DNA from: Candidatus Rubrivivax defluviihabitans
Lineage (GTDB): Bacteria > Pseudomonadota > Gammaproteobacteria > Burkholderiales > Burkholderiaceae_C
Direction: 5' to 3'
Length of the DNA stretch: 64,000 nt
Assembly: GCA_016709385.1 (NCBI GenBank)
Contig: JADJMW010000007.1
Location: forward strand, 67,744 to 131,743
Shown here: piece by piece, positions 37,706 to 46,884 of the stretch
How positions within the stretch are numbered: the stretch's first letter is position 1
How the letters are laid out: every line of letters begins with the position of its first letter
Position numbers and translations under genes: made by a program
Notes under the pieces: model-generated
The model's input: only the letters and a program-made list of their open reading frames with translations
What the model was told of the DNA's origin: nothing
The model's database searches: none

Positions 37706-38632
37706 ATGGGCAAAGTTGCTCTCGCCGCCAAGATCACGCATGTGCCGTCGATGTACCTGAGCGAACTCGACGGCCCGCGCAAGGGCACCCGCCAGGACGC
37801 GATCGACGGCCACGTCGAGATCGGCCGCCGCTGCCGGGAACTCGGCGTCGACACGATCGTGGTCTTCGATACGCACTGGCTCGTCAACGCCAGCTACCAC
37901 ATCAACTGCGCGCCGAAGTTCGGTGGCACCTACACCAGCAACGAGTTGCCGCACTTCATCAGCAACCTGGCGTACGCGTTCCCCGGCAACCCGGAGCTCG
38001 GGCAGTTGCTAGCCCGCGTCTGCAACGAGCACGGCGTGGAGGCGCTGGCGCACCCCGCGACCACGCTCGGCCCCGAATACGGCACGCTGGTGCCGATGCG
38101 TTACATGAACACCGACCAGCACTTCAAGGTGGTCTCGGTGTCGGCGCTTTGCACGGTCCACTACCTGAACGACAGCGCGCGCCTGGGCTGGGCGATGCGC
38201 AAGGCGGTGGAGGAGCACTACGACGGCACGGTGGCCTTTCTCGCCAGCGGCAGCCTGAGTCACCGCTTTGCGCAGAACGGGCTGGCACCCGAATATGCCT
38301 TCAAGATCTGGAGCCCCTTCCTGGAAACGCTGGACCACTCGGTGGTGGACCTCTGGGAGCGCGGCGACTGGAAGACCTTCTGCGAGATGCTGCCCGAGTA
38401 CGCGAGCAAGGGCCACGGCGAAGGATTCATGCACGACACGGCGATGCTGCTCGGCGTGCTGGGCTGGTCGGCCTACGACGGCCAGGCCGAGGTGGTGACA
38501 CCGTACTTCGGCGCGTCGGGCACCGGGCAGATCAACGCCGTCTTTCCGGTCACGCCGCAGGACGGCCATGCGGTGCCGAAGGCGGTGGCCTCCGCGGCGG
38601 ATGGCTTCTCGACCGTCGCGACGCGGCTGTAG
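37706..38632 (+). CDS. hpaD: 3,4-dihydroxyphenylacetate 2,3-dioxygenase (LigB-type extradiol)
   Basis: The internal ATG (37706, preceded by aaggag) gives MGKVALAAKITHVPSMYLSE...VVFDTHWLVNASYHINC... Confidence 0.9.
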   Translation: MGKVALAAKITHVPSMYLSELDGPRKGTRQDAIDGHVEIGRRCRELGVDTIVVFDTHWLVNASYHINCAPKFGGTYTSNELPHFISNLAYAFPGNPELGQLLARVCNEHGVEALAHPATTLGPEYGTLVPMRYMNTDQHFKVVSVSALCTVHYLNDSARLGWAMRKAVEEHYDGTVAFLASGSLSHRFAQNGLAPEYAFKIWSPFLETLDHSVVDLWERGDWKTFCEMLPEYASKGHGEGFMHDTAMLLGVLGWSAYDGQAEVVTPYFGASGTGQINAVFPVTPQDGHAVPKAVASAADGFSTVATRL

Positions 38633-38651
38633 GCCAAAAGGCAGCACGGTC

Positions 38652-39087
38652 ATGCCCCACCTCGTCATCCTCTACAGCGGCAACCTCGATGCGCGCACGG
38701 ACCTGTCGGTGCTCTGCCGCAGCCTGGCCGATGCCATGCTCGCGCAGCGTGACGAAGCCGGTCAAGCCCGTCTTTCCACCCGGCGGCACGCGCGTGCTGG
38801 CCTACCCGGCGCCACACTTCGCCGTCAGCGACGGCGGTGCCGCCGGGCGCGCCGCCGGTGGCGATGGCGACTATGGCTTTGCCTACCTGAACCTGCGCAT
38901 GGGCCGCGGCCGCAGCGAAGCCGTGCAGCAGGGCGTCGGCCGCGCGCTGATGGCCGTGGCGAAGGTGCATTTCGAGCCGATGATGGCCGCGATGCACGTC
39001 GGCGTCACCTTGCAGATCGACGTCGGCGCCGAAGTCTTCGACGCCAAGCACAGCACGCTGCACCCCCTCTTCAACAAATCCGCCTGA
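38652..39087 (+). pseudogene. hpaF: 5-carboxymethyl-2-hydroxymuconate isomerase with a +1 frameshift
   Basis: Frame A reads MPHLVILYSGNLDARTDLSVLCRSLADAMLAQRDEAG. Frame B continues KPVFPPGGTRVLAYPAPHFAVSDG...HSTLHPLFNKSA*. The span is 436 nt (3n+1), with the shift at about 38760-38763. Confidence 0.7.
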
Positions 39088-39090
39088 CCC

Positions 39091-39894
39091 ATGCTGCCGC
39101 AAGACATCATCGCCCAGCTCGCCCGCGAGCTCTACGACGCGCGCAAGAGCCGCACCCAGGTGCGCCACTTCTCGAAGCGCTTCCCGGAGATGAGCATCGA
39201 GGACGGCTACGCGATCCAGCGCGCCTGGGTCCGGCTCGAACTGGCCGACGGCCGCACCATCAAGGGCCGCAAGATCGGCCTGACCTCGCGCGCCATGCAG
39301 CAGGCCAGCCAGATCACCGAGCCCGACTTCGCGCCGCTGATGGACGACATGTTCTTCGACCAGGGCAGCGACATCGAAGTCAGCCGCTTCATTGCCCCGC
39401 GCGTCGAGGTCGAGCTGGCGTTCATCCTGGGCAAGCCGCTGCAGGGCCCGGGCGCGACGCTGTTCGACGTGCTCTCGGCCACCGACTACGTGACCCCGGC
39501 CATCGAGATCATCGATTCACGCATCGAGCAGTTCGACCGCGAGACCCGGGTCATGCGCAAGGTCCAGGACACCATCAGCGACTTCGCCGCCAATGCCGGC
39601 ATCGTGCTCGGCGGCCGGCCGGTGCGACCCGACGCCGTCGACCTGCGCTGGGTGGGCGCGCTGCTCTACAAGAACGGCGTCATCGAGGAGACCGGCCTGG
39701 CCGCCGGCGTGCTCAACCACCCGGCCACCGGCGTCGCCTGGCTGGCCAACAAGATCGCGCCCTACGACGAACAGCTCAACGCCGGCGACGTGGTGCTGGC
39801 CGGTTCGTTCACGCGGCCGACGCCGGCCCAGGCCGGCGACAACTTTCATGTCGACTACGGTCCGCTGGGCTCGGTCGCCTTCCGCTTCGTCTGA
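39091..39894 (+). CDS. hpaH: 2-oxo-hept-3-ene-1,7-dioate hydratase
   Basis: 267 aa: [30 protein letters not shown]..., the MhpD/HpaH hydratase pattern. Confidence 0.9.
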   Translation: MLPQDIIAQLARELYDARKSRTQVRHFSKRFPEMSIEDGYAIQRAWVRLELADGRTIKGRKIGLTSRAMQQASQITEPDFAPLMDDMFFDQGSDIEVSRFIAPRVEVELAFILGKPLQGPGATLFDVLSATDYVTPAIEIIDSRIEQFDRETRVMRKVQDTISDFAANAGIVLGGRPVRPDAVDLRWVGALLYKNGVIEETGLAAGVLNHPATGVAWLANKIAPYDEQLNAGDVVLAGSFTRPTPAQAGDNFHVDYGPLGSVAFRFV

Positions 39895-39904
39895 AGGTCG
39901 GTTG

Positions 39905-40720
39905 ATGCAGACGCCTATCAACCCCTTTAAGCGGGCGCTTCGCGAAGGCCGCGTGCAGATCGGCCTGTGGGTCGGCCTGGCCGATGCCTATGCCATCGAA
40001 GCGATGGCCGGCACCGGCTTCGACTGGCTGCTGATCGACGGCGAACATGCACCGAACGACCTGCGCACCGTGCTCGGCCAGTTGCAGGCCGTGGCGCCCT
40101 ACACCACGCACGCCATCGTGCGGCCGGTGATCGGCGACGTGGCGCTGATCAAGCAACTGCTCGATGTCGGCGCGCAGACCTTGCTGATTCCCGTGGTCGA
40201 GAGCGCCGAGCAGGCGGCCACCCTGGTGGCGGCCACGCGCTACCCGCCGCGCGGCATCCGCGGCGTGGGTTCGGCCCTGGCGCGTTCATCGCGCTGGAAC
40301 CAGATCGGCGACTACCTGCACACCGCGGACGAGCAGATGTGCGTGCTGCTGCAGGTCGAGACCCAGAAGGGACTCGACAACCTGGCCGCCATCGCGGCTA
40401 CCGAGGGCGTGGACGGTGTCTTCTTCGGTCCGGCCGACCTGTCGGCGTCGATGGGCCTGCTCGGCCAGCCGGGCCACCCGGAGGTGCAGCGCGCCATCCT
40501 CGACGGCATCGCCGTCGTGCGCGCCGCCGGCAAGGCAGCGGGTGTGCTGTCGGCCGACCCGAAGCTGGCACGCCTCTACCTCGATGCCGGCGCGCTGTTC
40601 GTCGCCGTCGGCGTCGATACCAGCTTGCTCACCCGCGCGTGTCGCGAACTGGCGGCTGCCTACAAGCATGGCGACGACAGTGCCGCGTCGGCGGTGCCTA
40701 CCACCGGCGGCACGTATTGA
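39905..40720 (+). CDS. hpaI: 4-hydroxy-2-oxoheptanedioate (HKHD) aldolase
   Basis: [52 protein letters not shown]..., the HpaI/HpcH pattern. Confidence 0.9.
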   Translation: MQTPINPFKRALREGRVQIGLWVGLADAYAIEAMAGTGFDWLLIDGEHAPNDLRTVLGQLQAVAPYTTHAIVRPVIGDVALIKQLLDVGAQTLLIPVVESAEQAATLVAATRYPPRGIRGVGSALARSSRWNQIGDYLHTADEQMCVLLQVETQKGLDNLAAIAATEGVDGVFFGPADLSASMGLLGQPGHPEVQRAILDGIAVVRAAGKAAGVLSADPKLARLYLDAGALFVAVGVDTSLLTRACRELAAAYKHGDDSAASAVPTTGGTY

Positions 40721-40814
40721 CGCCGCATTCGGCACCGGCGGGTGCTGGCTTGGCGTGCCCCCGTACCCCATGAACGCGCCCTGCATTTCCACCTCTGCCC
40801 TGAAGCGAACTCCC

Positions 40815-42269
40815 ATGCTCGAGTTGAATGACCCTTCCCTGCTGCGCACGCAGTGCCTGATCGACGGCGCGTGGATCGGTGCCGATGACGGCCGCACGCT
40901 GGCGGTGAACAACCCCGCCAGCGGCGAGAAACTGGCCACCGTGCCCGATGCCGGTGCCGCCGAGACCCGCCGCGCGATCGAAGCCGCCGAGCGGGCCTTG
41001 GTCGACTGGAAGGCGCAGACGGCAGAAGCCCGCGCCCGTGTGCTGCGCCGCTGGTTCGACCTGATGCTGGCCCGCCAGGAAGACCTGGCCCGCATCATGA
41101 CCAGCGAGCAAGGCAAGCCGCTGGCCGAGTCGCGCGGCGAGATCGCCTACGCCGCCGCCTATATCGAATGGTTTGCCGAAGAGGCACGCCGCGTCTACGG
41201 CGACCTGGTGCCCTCGCCCTGGGGCGACAAGCGCATCGTCGTCACCAAGGAACCCGTGGGCGTGTGCGCGGCAATCACGCCGTGGAATTTTCCATCGGCG
41301 ATGATCACCCGCAAGGTGGCGCCGGCCCTGGCCGCCGGCTGCACCATCGTCGTCAAGCCGGCCTCGCAGACCCCGCTGTCGGCACTGGCACTGGCCGAAC
41401 TGGCCTTGCGTGCCGGCGTGCCGGCGGGTGCCTTCAGTGTCGTGACGGGCAGCGCGACGGCGATCGGCGGCGCGCTCACCGCCAGCCCGGTGGTGCGCAA
41501 GCTCACCTTCACCGGCTCGACCGAGGTCGGCCGCCTGCTGGCCGCGCAATGTGCACCGACCCTCAAGCGCCTGTCGCTCGAACTCGGTGGCAACGCACCC
41601 TTCATCGTCTTCGACGATGCCGACCTGGACGCCGCCGTGGCCGGCGCGATCGCGTCGAAGTTCCGCAACACGGGCCAGACCTGCGTCTGCACCAACCGCC
41701 TGCTGGTGCAGGACGGCGTCTACGACCGGTTCGCCGAGAAGCTCGGCCAGGCGGTGGCGCAGCTTCGCGTGGGCAACGGCATGCAGGCCGAGGTGTCGCA
41801 GGGGCCGCTGATCGATGCGCCTTCGCTGGCCAAGGTCGAGGAACTGGTGGCCGATGCGCTGGCACAGGGTGCGCGCTGCGTGGCGGGCGGCCGGCGCCAC
41901 GCTTTGGGCGGCACCTTCTACGAGCCCACCATCCTGGCCGATGTCACGCCGGCGATGAAGCTCGCCAGCGAAGAGATCTTCGGCCCGGTGGCGCCGCTGT
42001 TCCGTTTCAGGACCGAGGCCGAGGCGATCGCCCTGGCCAACGACACCGAATTCGGGCTGGCGTCGTACTTCTTCTCGCGCGACCTGGCGCGCGTCTGGCG
42101 CGTGGCCAGTGCGCTGGACGTCGGCATGGTGGGCATCAATACCGGCGTCATCAGCACGGCCGTCGCACCGTTCGGCGGCGTCAAGCAGTCGGGCATGGGG
42201 CGCGAAGGCTCGCGCTACGGCATCGAGGGCTATATCGACACCAAGTACCTCTGCATGGGCGGCCTGTGA
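40815..42269 (+). CDS. gabD: NAD(P)-dependent succinate-semialdehyde dehydrogenase
   Basis: MLELNDPSLLRTQCLIDGAWIGADDGRTLAVNNPASGEKLATVPDAG...ITPWNFP...ELGGNAP. It would process the succinate semialdehyde released by HpaI. Confidence 0.9.
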   Translation: MLELNDPSLLRTQCLIDGAWIGADDGRTLAVNNPASGEKLATVPDAGAAETRRAIEAAERALVDWKAQTAEARARVLRRWFDLMLARQEDLARIMTSEQGKPLAESRGEIAYAAAYIEWFAEEARRVYGDLVPSPWGDKRIVVTKEPVGVCAAITPWNFPSAMITRKVAPALAAGCTIVVKPASQTPLSALALAELALRAGVPAGAFSVVTGSATAIGGALTASPVVRKLTFTGSTEVGRLLAAQCAPTLKRLSLELGGNAPFIVFDDADLDAAVAGAIASKFRNTGQTCVCTNRLLVQDGVYDRFAEKLGQAVAQLRVGNGMQAEVSQGPLIDAPSLAKVEELVADALAQGARCVAGGRRHALGGTFYEPTILADVTPAMKLASEEIFGPVAPLFRFRTEAEAIALANDTEFGLASYFFSRDLARVWRVASALDVGMVGINTGVISTAVAPFGGVKQSGMGREGSRYGIEGYIDTKYLCMGGL

Positions 42270-42345
42270 ACGCCCACCACGGCGCTGGCGGGCACCGGCC
42301 CTGAAGCGAAGCGTTTCCCCCAACCCATGAACCCAGGAGAACATC

Positions 42346-43125
42346 ATGGCTGAACCCTCACTGCCCGCTGCCGCCGCACCGCGCCCGAGCCGCTACTCGC
42401 CCGAGGAGTGGGACGCCCGCGTCCGCCTTGCCGCGGCTTACCGCATCTTCGATCACCTGGGTTGGGGTGAGCTGATCTACAACCACATCTCGCTGCGCGT
42501 GCCAGGCACCGAGCCGCACTTCCTGATCAACCCCTTCGGCCTGCACTACTCCGAGGTGCGCGCGTCCAACCTGGTGAAGGTGGACGTTAAGGGCAACATC
42601 ATCGGCCACAGCGACTGGCCGATCAACCCGGCAGGCTTCACCTTCCACGGCAAGATCCACGAGCAGGTGCCCGACGCGCACTGCGTTATGCACGTCCACA
42701 CCACGCCGACGATGGCGGTGTGCTGCCTCGACGAAGGCCTGTCCTACACCAACTTCTACGCCGCGCAACTGTTCGGCAAGGTCGCCTACCACGAGTTCGA
42801 AGGCATCACCGTGCATGCCGACGAGGGCTCGCGCATCCTCGACAGCGCCGGCAGCAAGCCGGTGCTGCTGCTGCGCAACCACGGTCCGGTGACGATGGGC
42901 CACACGCTGGCGCAGTGCCTGAGCCTGATGTGGCTGATCAACCGCGCCTGCGAGGTGCAACTGGCCACGCTGAGCATGGGCAAGCCGCGCGCGATCGCGC
43001 AGCCGGTGCTCGAGAGCTGCGTGCGCGACTCGCTGAACTTCGACCCCAAATACGGCGCCGGGCAGGACGCGTTCGACGCGCTGCAGCGCATCGTCGACCG
43101 CATCGACCCGACCTATCGCAGCTGA
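42346..43125 (+). CDS. class II aldolase/adducin-family protein
   Basis: 259 aa: ELIYNHISLRVPGTEPHFLINPFGLHYSEV..., HVHTTPTMAV, LLRNHG. Confidence 0.85.
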   Translation: MAEPSLPAAAAPRPSRYSPEEWDARVRLAAAYRIFDHLGWGELIYNHISLRVPGTEPHFLINPFGLHYSEVRASNLVKVDVKGNIIGHSDWPINPAGFTFHGKIHEQVPDAHCVMHVHTTPTMAVCCLDEGLSYTNFYAAQLFGKVAYHEFEGITVHADEGSRILDSAGSKPVLLLRNHGPVTMGHTLAQCLSLMWLINRACEVQLATLSMGKPRAIAQPVLESCVRDSLNFDPKYGAGQDAFDALQRIVDRIDPTYRS

Positions 43126-43187
43126 GGGCGCGCCGCGGCGGCCACGGCATCGCGGTCAGGGTGCAGGGCAACCATCACTGTGATTGC

Positions 43188-43364
43188 CTGCCGGTGATCC
43201 TGAGCCCCGAGGAAGTCGGCCGCCTGATCGCCGCCGCCCCCAACCTCAAGCACCAGGCCGCCATGTCGGCGGCCTACGGCGCGGGCCTGCGCGTCAGCGA
43301 GGTGGTTTCGCTCAAGGTCGGCGACATCGACGGTGAGCGCATGACCCTGCGCGTGGAGCAGGGC
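43188..43364 (+). pseudogene. internal fragment (about 59 aa) of a tyrosine recombinase of the kind often found beside IS91-family transposases
   Basis: LPVILSPEEVGRLIAAAPNLKHQAAMSAAYGAGLRVSEVVSLKVGDIDGERMTLRVEQG. It has no start codon and no catalytic C-terminal half. It ends abruptly at 43364. Confidence 0.6.
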
Positions 43365-43642
43365 AACTCTTCGCCGTACGCCTTGGCCACGTCGTCGTAG
43401 AACATCGGCTCCAGCTCCGGACAAGCCACCTTGTCGATGCAGGCGCGGCCGCCGTGGAAGTGCAGCATCGTCGGGCTGGAACTTGACGATCTCGCTGATC
43501 GTCTTGTCCTCGGCCGCGCGCAGCTGCTCGGCGCTGATCGTCTTCTGGTTGAGGAATGGGTCGCGCGCGTCGAGCAGGGCCTTCGGCGCAGGAAGCTGCC
43601 GACATGGTCGGCTCGGAAGGGCGAGGTGGTGCGAATGCTCAT
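43365..43642 (-). pseudogene. remnant of a MetE-like (cobalamin-independent methionine synthase family) gene
   Basis: MSIRTTSPFRADHVGSFLR is followed by a 1-nt deletion, then PKALLDARDPFLNQKTISAEQLRAAEDKTISEIVKFQ, then a large internal deletion, then TMLHFHGGRACIDKVACPELEPMFYDDVAKAYGEEL. It is truncated at the integrase fragment. Confidence 0.55.
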
Positions 43643-43779
43643 GGCGGTCTCTCGCATCGTTGGTCTTGCAGGCCGAAGGGTGGCACATCTCAAAACCCAT
43701 ACGTGGAATACAGCATCATCCGATGCTTTAGTGCTTACCCTATATTTTTCGGCGTAGTTTCTGAAGAAAATCCGCTTTC

Positions 43780-43787
43780 TGTATACA
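43780..43787. promoter_or_regulatory. perfect 8-bp palindrome TGTATACA about 20 bp upstream of vanA (candidate GntR/VanR operator)
   Basis: Read directly in the AT-rich 43643-43807 spacer. A GT...AC dyad is typical of GntR/FadR-type operators. Confidence 0.3.
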
Positions 43788-43807
43788 TTCCGTATCCCGC
43801 GACCGCC

Positions 43808-44896
43808 ATGAAGCCCTTCCCGCTGAACGCTTGGTATGCCGCCGCCTACGATGTCGAAGTCAAGGCCGCGCTGCTCGGCCGCACCATCTGCGGCCAGAAG
43901 ATCGTCATGTTCAGGCGCAAGGACGCCAGCGTCGCCGCGCTGGAAGACGCCTGCTGGCACCGGCTGCTGCCGCTGTCCAAGGGACGGCTGCGCGACGACC
44001 AGATCACCTGCGGCTACCACGGCCTGGTATTCGACGGCGAGGGCCGCTGCACGCACATGCCCTCGCAGGAGACGCTGAACCCGTCGGCCTGCGTGCGCGC
44101 CTTCCCGGTGGTGGAAAAGCACCGCTTCGTCTGGGTCTGGCCCGGCGATCCGGCGCTGGCCGATCCGGCGAAGATCCCCGACCTGCACTGGAACGATGAC
44201 CCGGCCTGGGCCGGCGACGGCAAGCTCATCACGGTGAAGTGCGACTACCGCCTGGTGCTCGACAACCTGATGGACCTGACGCACGAGACCTACGTGCACG
44301 GCAGCAGCATCGGCCAGCTGGCCGTGGCCGAGGCGCCCTTCGTCGCCACGCACGGCAACCGCACCGCCACCGTGACACGCTGGATGGAGGACATCGACCC
44401 TCCCCCCTTCTGGGCCGGCCAGCTGAAGCACGCCACCGGCTACGAGGGCCGCGTCGACCGCTGGCAGATCATCCGCTTCGAAGCGCCCTGCACCATCGCC
44501 ATCGACGTGGGCGTGGCGCCGGCAGGCAGCGGCGCGCCACCCAAGGACGGAAGGCCCGGCGACCGCTCCAAGGGTGTCAACGGCTTCGTGCTCAACACCA
44601 TCACCCCCGAGACCAACAAGACCTGCCACTATTTCTGGGCCTTCGCGCGCAACTACTGCCTGGGTGAACAGCGGCTGACGCACGAGCTGCGCGAGGGCGT
44701 GTCCAGCATCTTCCGCGAGGACGAACTGATCCTCGAAGCGCAGCAGCAGGCCATTGACGAACGCCCCGGCTACAGCTTCTACAACCTGAACATCGACGCC
44801 GGCTCGATGTGGGCGCGCCGGCTGATCGACAACATGGTGCGCGCCGAGACCCCGGCGCACGAGCGTCCCGGCGCAATCCCGCTGCGCGCCGCCTGA
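43808..44896 (+). CDS. vanA: vanillate O-demethylase oxygenase subunit (Rieske non-heme iron)
   Basis: MKPFPLNAWYAAAYDVEV..., Rieske CWHRLLPLS...CGYHGLVF, and DNLMDLTHETYVH. Confidence 0.9.
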   Translation: MKPFPLNAWYAAAYDVEVKAALLGRTICGQKIVMFRRKDASVAALEDACWHRLLPLSKGRLRDDQITCGYHGLVFDGEGRCTHMPSQETLNPSACVRAFPVVEKHRFVWVWPGDPALADPAKIPDLHWNDDPAWAGDGKLITVKCDYRLVLDNLMDLTHETYVHGSSIGQLAVAEAPFVATHGNRTATVTRWMEDIDPPPFWAGQLKHATGYEGRVDRWQIIRFEAPCTIAIDVGVAPAGSGAPPKDGRPGDRSKGVNGFVLNTITPETNKTCHYFWAFARNYCLGEQRLTHELREGVSSIFREDELILEAQQQAIDERPGYSFYNLNIDAGSMWARRLIDNMVRAETPAHERPGAIPLRAA

Positions 44897-45651
44897 TGAA
44901 CGCCACTGCGGACCTTGCCGAACCGTCGCAGACGGTGCGCGTGCAGTTGCGGCTGCGCGAGCTGATCCTCGGCGGCGAGCTCAAGCCCGGCGCGCGCATC
45001 GCCGAGCTGACGCTGGTGGAGCGACTGGGTGCGTCGCGCACGCCCATCCGCATGGCGCTGGTGCGCTTGCAGGAAGAAGGCCTGCTCGAGGCACTGCCGC
45101 ACGGCGGCTTTGCGGTCAAGGACTTCTCGGAGTCCGACATCCACGACGCCATCGAGCTGCGCGGCACGCTCGAAGGACTGTGTGCGCGGCTGGCCGCCGA
45201 ACGCGGCGTCAGCACCGTGCTGATGACCGAGGCACGCGACTGCGTCGAGCAGATCGACGCACTGCTGGCCGCGCCCAGCCTGAGCGAAGAATCCTTCACC
45301 GGCTACGTGCTGCACAACGGCCGCTTGCACGACCTGCTGGCCGAGATGTCCGGCTCGGACATGGTGCGCCGCCAACTGGAGCGCGCCAAGACCCTGCCCT
45401 TCGCCTCGCCCAACGGCTTCGTTCTGGCGCGTTCCACCGGAGCCGATGCGCGCGACGCGCTGGTGGTGGCGCAGGCGCAGCACCGCGGCGTGCTCGACGC
45501 CATCCGGCAGCGCGAAGGTTCACGCGCCGAGAGCCTGATGCGCGAACACGCACGCATCGCCCACGGCAACCTGCGCGCCGCACTCGCCGACCACCGCAGC
45601 TGGCAGCGCGTACCCGGTGCCAGCCTGATCCGCCGCCGCCCATCCCGCTGA
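44896..45651 (+). CDS. vanR: GntR-family regulator (VanR-like)
   Basis: The ATG overlaps the vanA stop. It has LRELILGGELKPGARIAELTLVERLGASRTPIRMALVRLQEEGLL and an FCD-like C-terminal domain. Confidence 0.85.
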   Translation: MNATADLAEPSQTVRVQLRLRELILGGELKPGARIAELTLVERLGASRTPIRMALVRLQEEGLLEALPHGGFAVKDFSESDIHDAIELRGTLEGLCARLAAERGVSTVLMTEARDCVEQIDALLAAPSLSEESFTGYVLHNGRLHDLLAEMSGSDMVRRQLERAKTLPFASPNGFVLARSTGADARDALVVAQAQHRGVLDAIRQREGSRAESLMREHARIAHGNLRAALADHRSWQRVPGASLIRRRPSR

Positions 45652-45654
45652 CCC

Positions 45655-46653
45655 ATGAAACACAACGCTCAGTGGCATAGCGCCACCATCCGCGCGCAGC
45701 GCGACCTGAGCCCCAGCGTGCGCGAGTTCGAGATCCGCCCCGAGCGCGGCGTGCGCCCCTGGAGCGTGGGCAGCCACCTCGACCTGCGCGTGGTGGTCGA
45801 CGGCCGCGAGGAGAAGCGCTCGTACTCGCTGGTCGGCCTGCCGCATGCACCAGGGGACGCGCCCGGCGCCGACGAGGTCTACCGCATCGCCGTGCGCCGC
45901 GCCGAGCCGGGGCGCGGCGGCTCACGCTGGCTGTGGGGCCTGCAGACCGGCGACGAGCTGCTGATCGGCGAGCCGAACAACCACTTCGAGATCGGCTGGC
46001 AGGCCCCTTACACGCTGCTGGTGGCCGGCGGCATCGGCATCACGCCGATCCTGGGCATGGCGTTGCAGCTGGCGCAGCGTGGCGCGCCGCTGCGCATGCT
46101 CTATGCCGCACGCTGCACCGACGAGCTGATCTACCGCGACACATTGCAGGCGGCGCTGGGCGAGCGGCTATGCACGCTGTGCAGCGACGCCGGCCAGCGC
46201 ATCGACCTCGACGCCGAGATCGCCGCGCTGCCGAGCGGCGGCCAACTGGCGCTGTGCGGCCCGCTGAGCCTGATGGACGCCGCACGCGCCGCCTGGCAGC
46301 GCAGCGGCCGGCCGGCCGCCGGGCTGCGCTTCGAGACCTTCGGCAACAGCGGCCAGCATGCCGCCGAAGCCTTCTGGGTGGAGCTGCCGCGCCACGGCCT
46401 GCGCTTCGAAGTGCCGGCCGGCCGCAACCTGCTGGACATGCTGGAAGAACATGGCGTGCAGGCGCTGTCCGACTGCCGGCGCGGCGAATGCGGGCTGTGT
46501 GCGATGGACATCGTCCAGGTGCAGGGCACGGTGGACCACCGCGACGTGTTCTTCAGTGCCGCGCAGAAGCAGGCGAATGAACGTCTGTGCGCCTGCGTCT
46601 CGCGCGTCTGCGGCGGCGGCGTGGTGCTGGATTCGGCCTTCCGCCCCGACTGA
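45655..46653 (+). CDS. vanB: vanillate O-demethylase reductase subunit (PDR/VanB-type FMN/2Fe-2S oxidoreductase)
   Basis: 332 aa with RSYSL, GGIGITPI and the C-terminal plant-type ferredoxin motif CRRGECGLC...CAC. Confidence 0.9.
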   Translation: MKHNAQWHSATIRAQRDLSPSVREFEIRPERGVRPWSVGSHLDLRVVVDGREEKRSYSLVGLPHAPGDAPGADEVYRIAVRRAEPGRGGSRWLWGLQTGDELLIGEPNNHFEIGWQAPYTLLVAGGIGITPILGMALQLAQRGAPLRMLYAARCTDELIYRDTLQAALGERLCTLCSDAGQRIDLDAEIAALPSGGQLALCGPLSLMDAARAAWQRSGRPAAGLRFETFGNSGQHAAEAFWVELPRHGLRFEVPAGRNLLDMLEEHGVQALSDCRRGECGLCAMDIVQVQGTVDHRDVFFSAAQKQANERLCACVSRVCGGGVVLDSAFRPD

Positions 46654-46672
46654 CTGCGGCGCAGCCGCAGTC
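46652..46672 (+). terminator. 9-bp-stem hairpin overlapping the vanB stop
   Basis: gactgcggc-gca-gccgcagtc. No T-run follows. Confidence 0.3.
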
Positions 46673-46884
46673 GCGCAATACCACCTGCCGGTCGCGCAGA
46701 GCTAGGGCTGGGCGGGCGTCACAGGGGTGCTGCGCCGTGACGGACAGGCCGCCGGCCGAGTGCTCGTGTGCCCAGATCCCGCGGCGTCATCGGGACAGTC
46801 GCCGCGACGCCGACGAACGCTTCATCCGTACGAAAGGCACGACTCGTGCCCAAAACTCCCCGCGGTGGGTGCCATCGGCGCTGG

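Noticed and set aside
46700-46880. Possible AraC-family C-terminal remnant on the minus strand (…SRAFRTDEAFVGVAATVPMTPRDL…).
   Set aside because: Only a short, gapped resemblance to the FSRAFRxxFGxTPxxYR motif was seen. This is too weak without a search.
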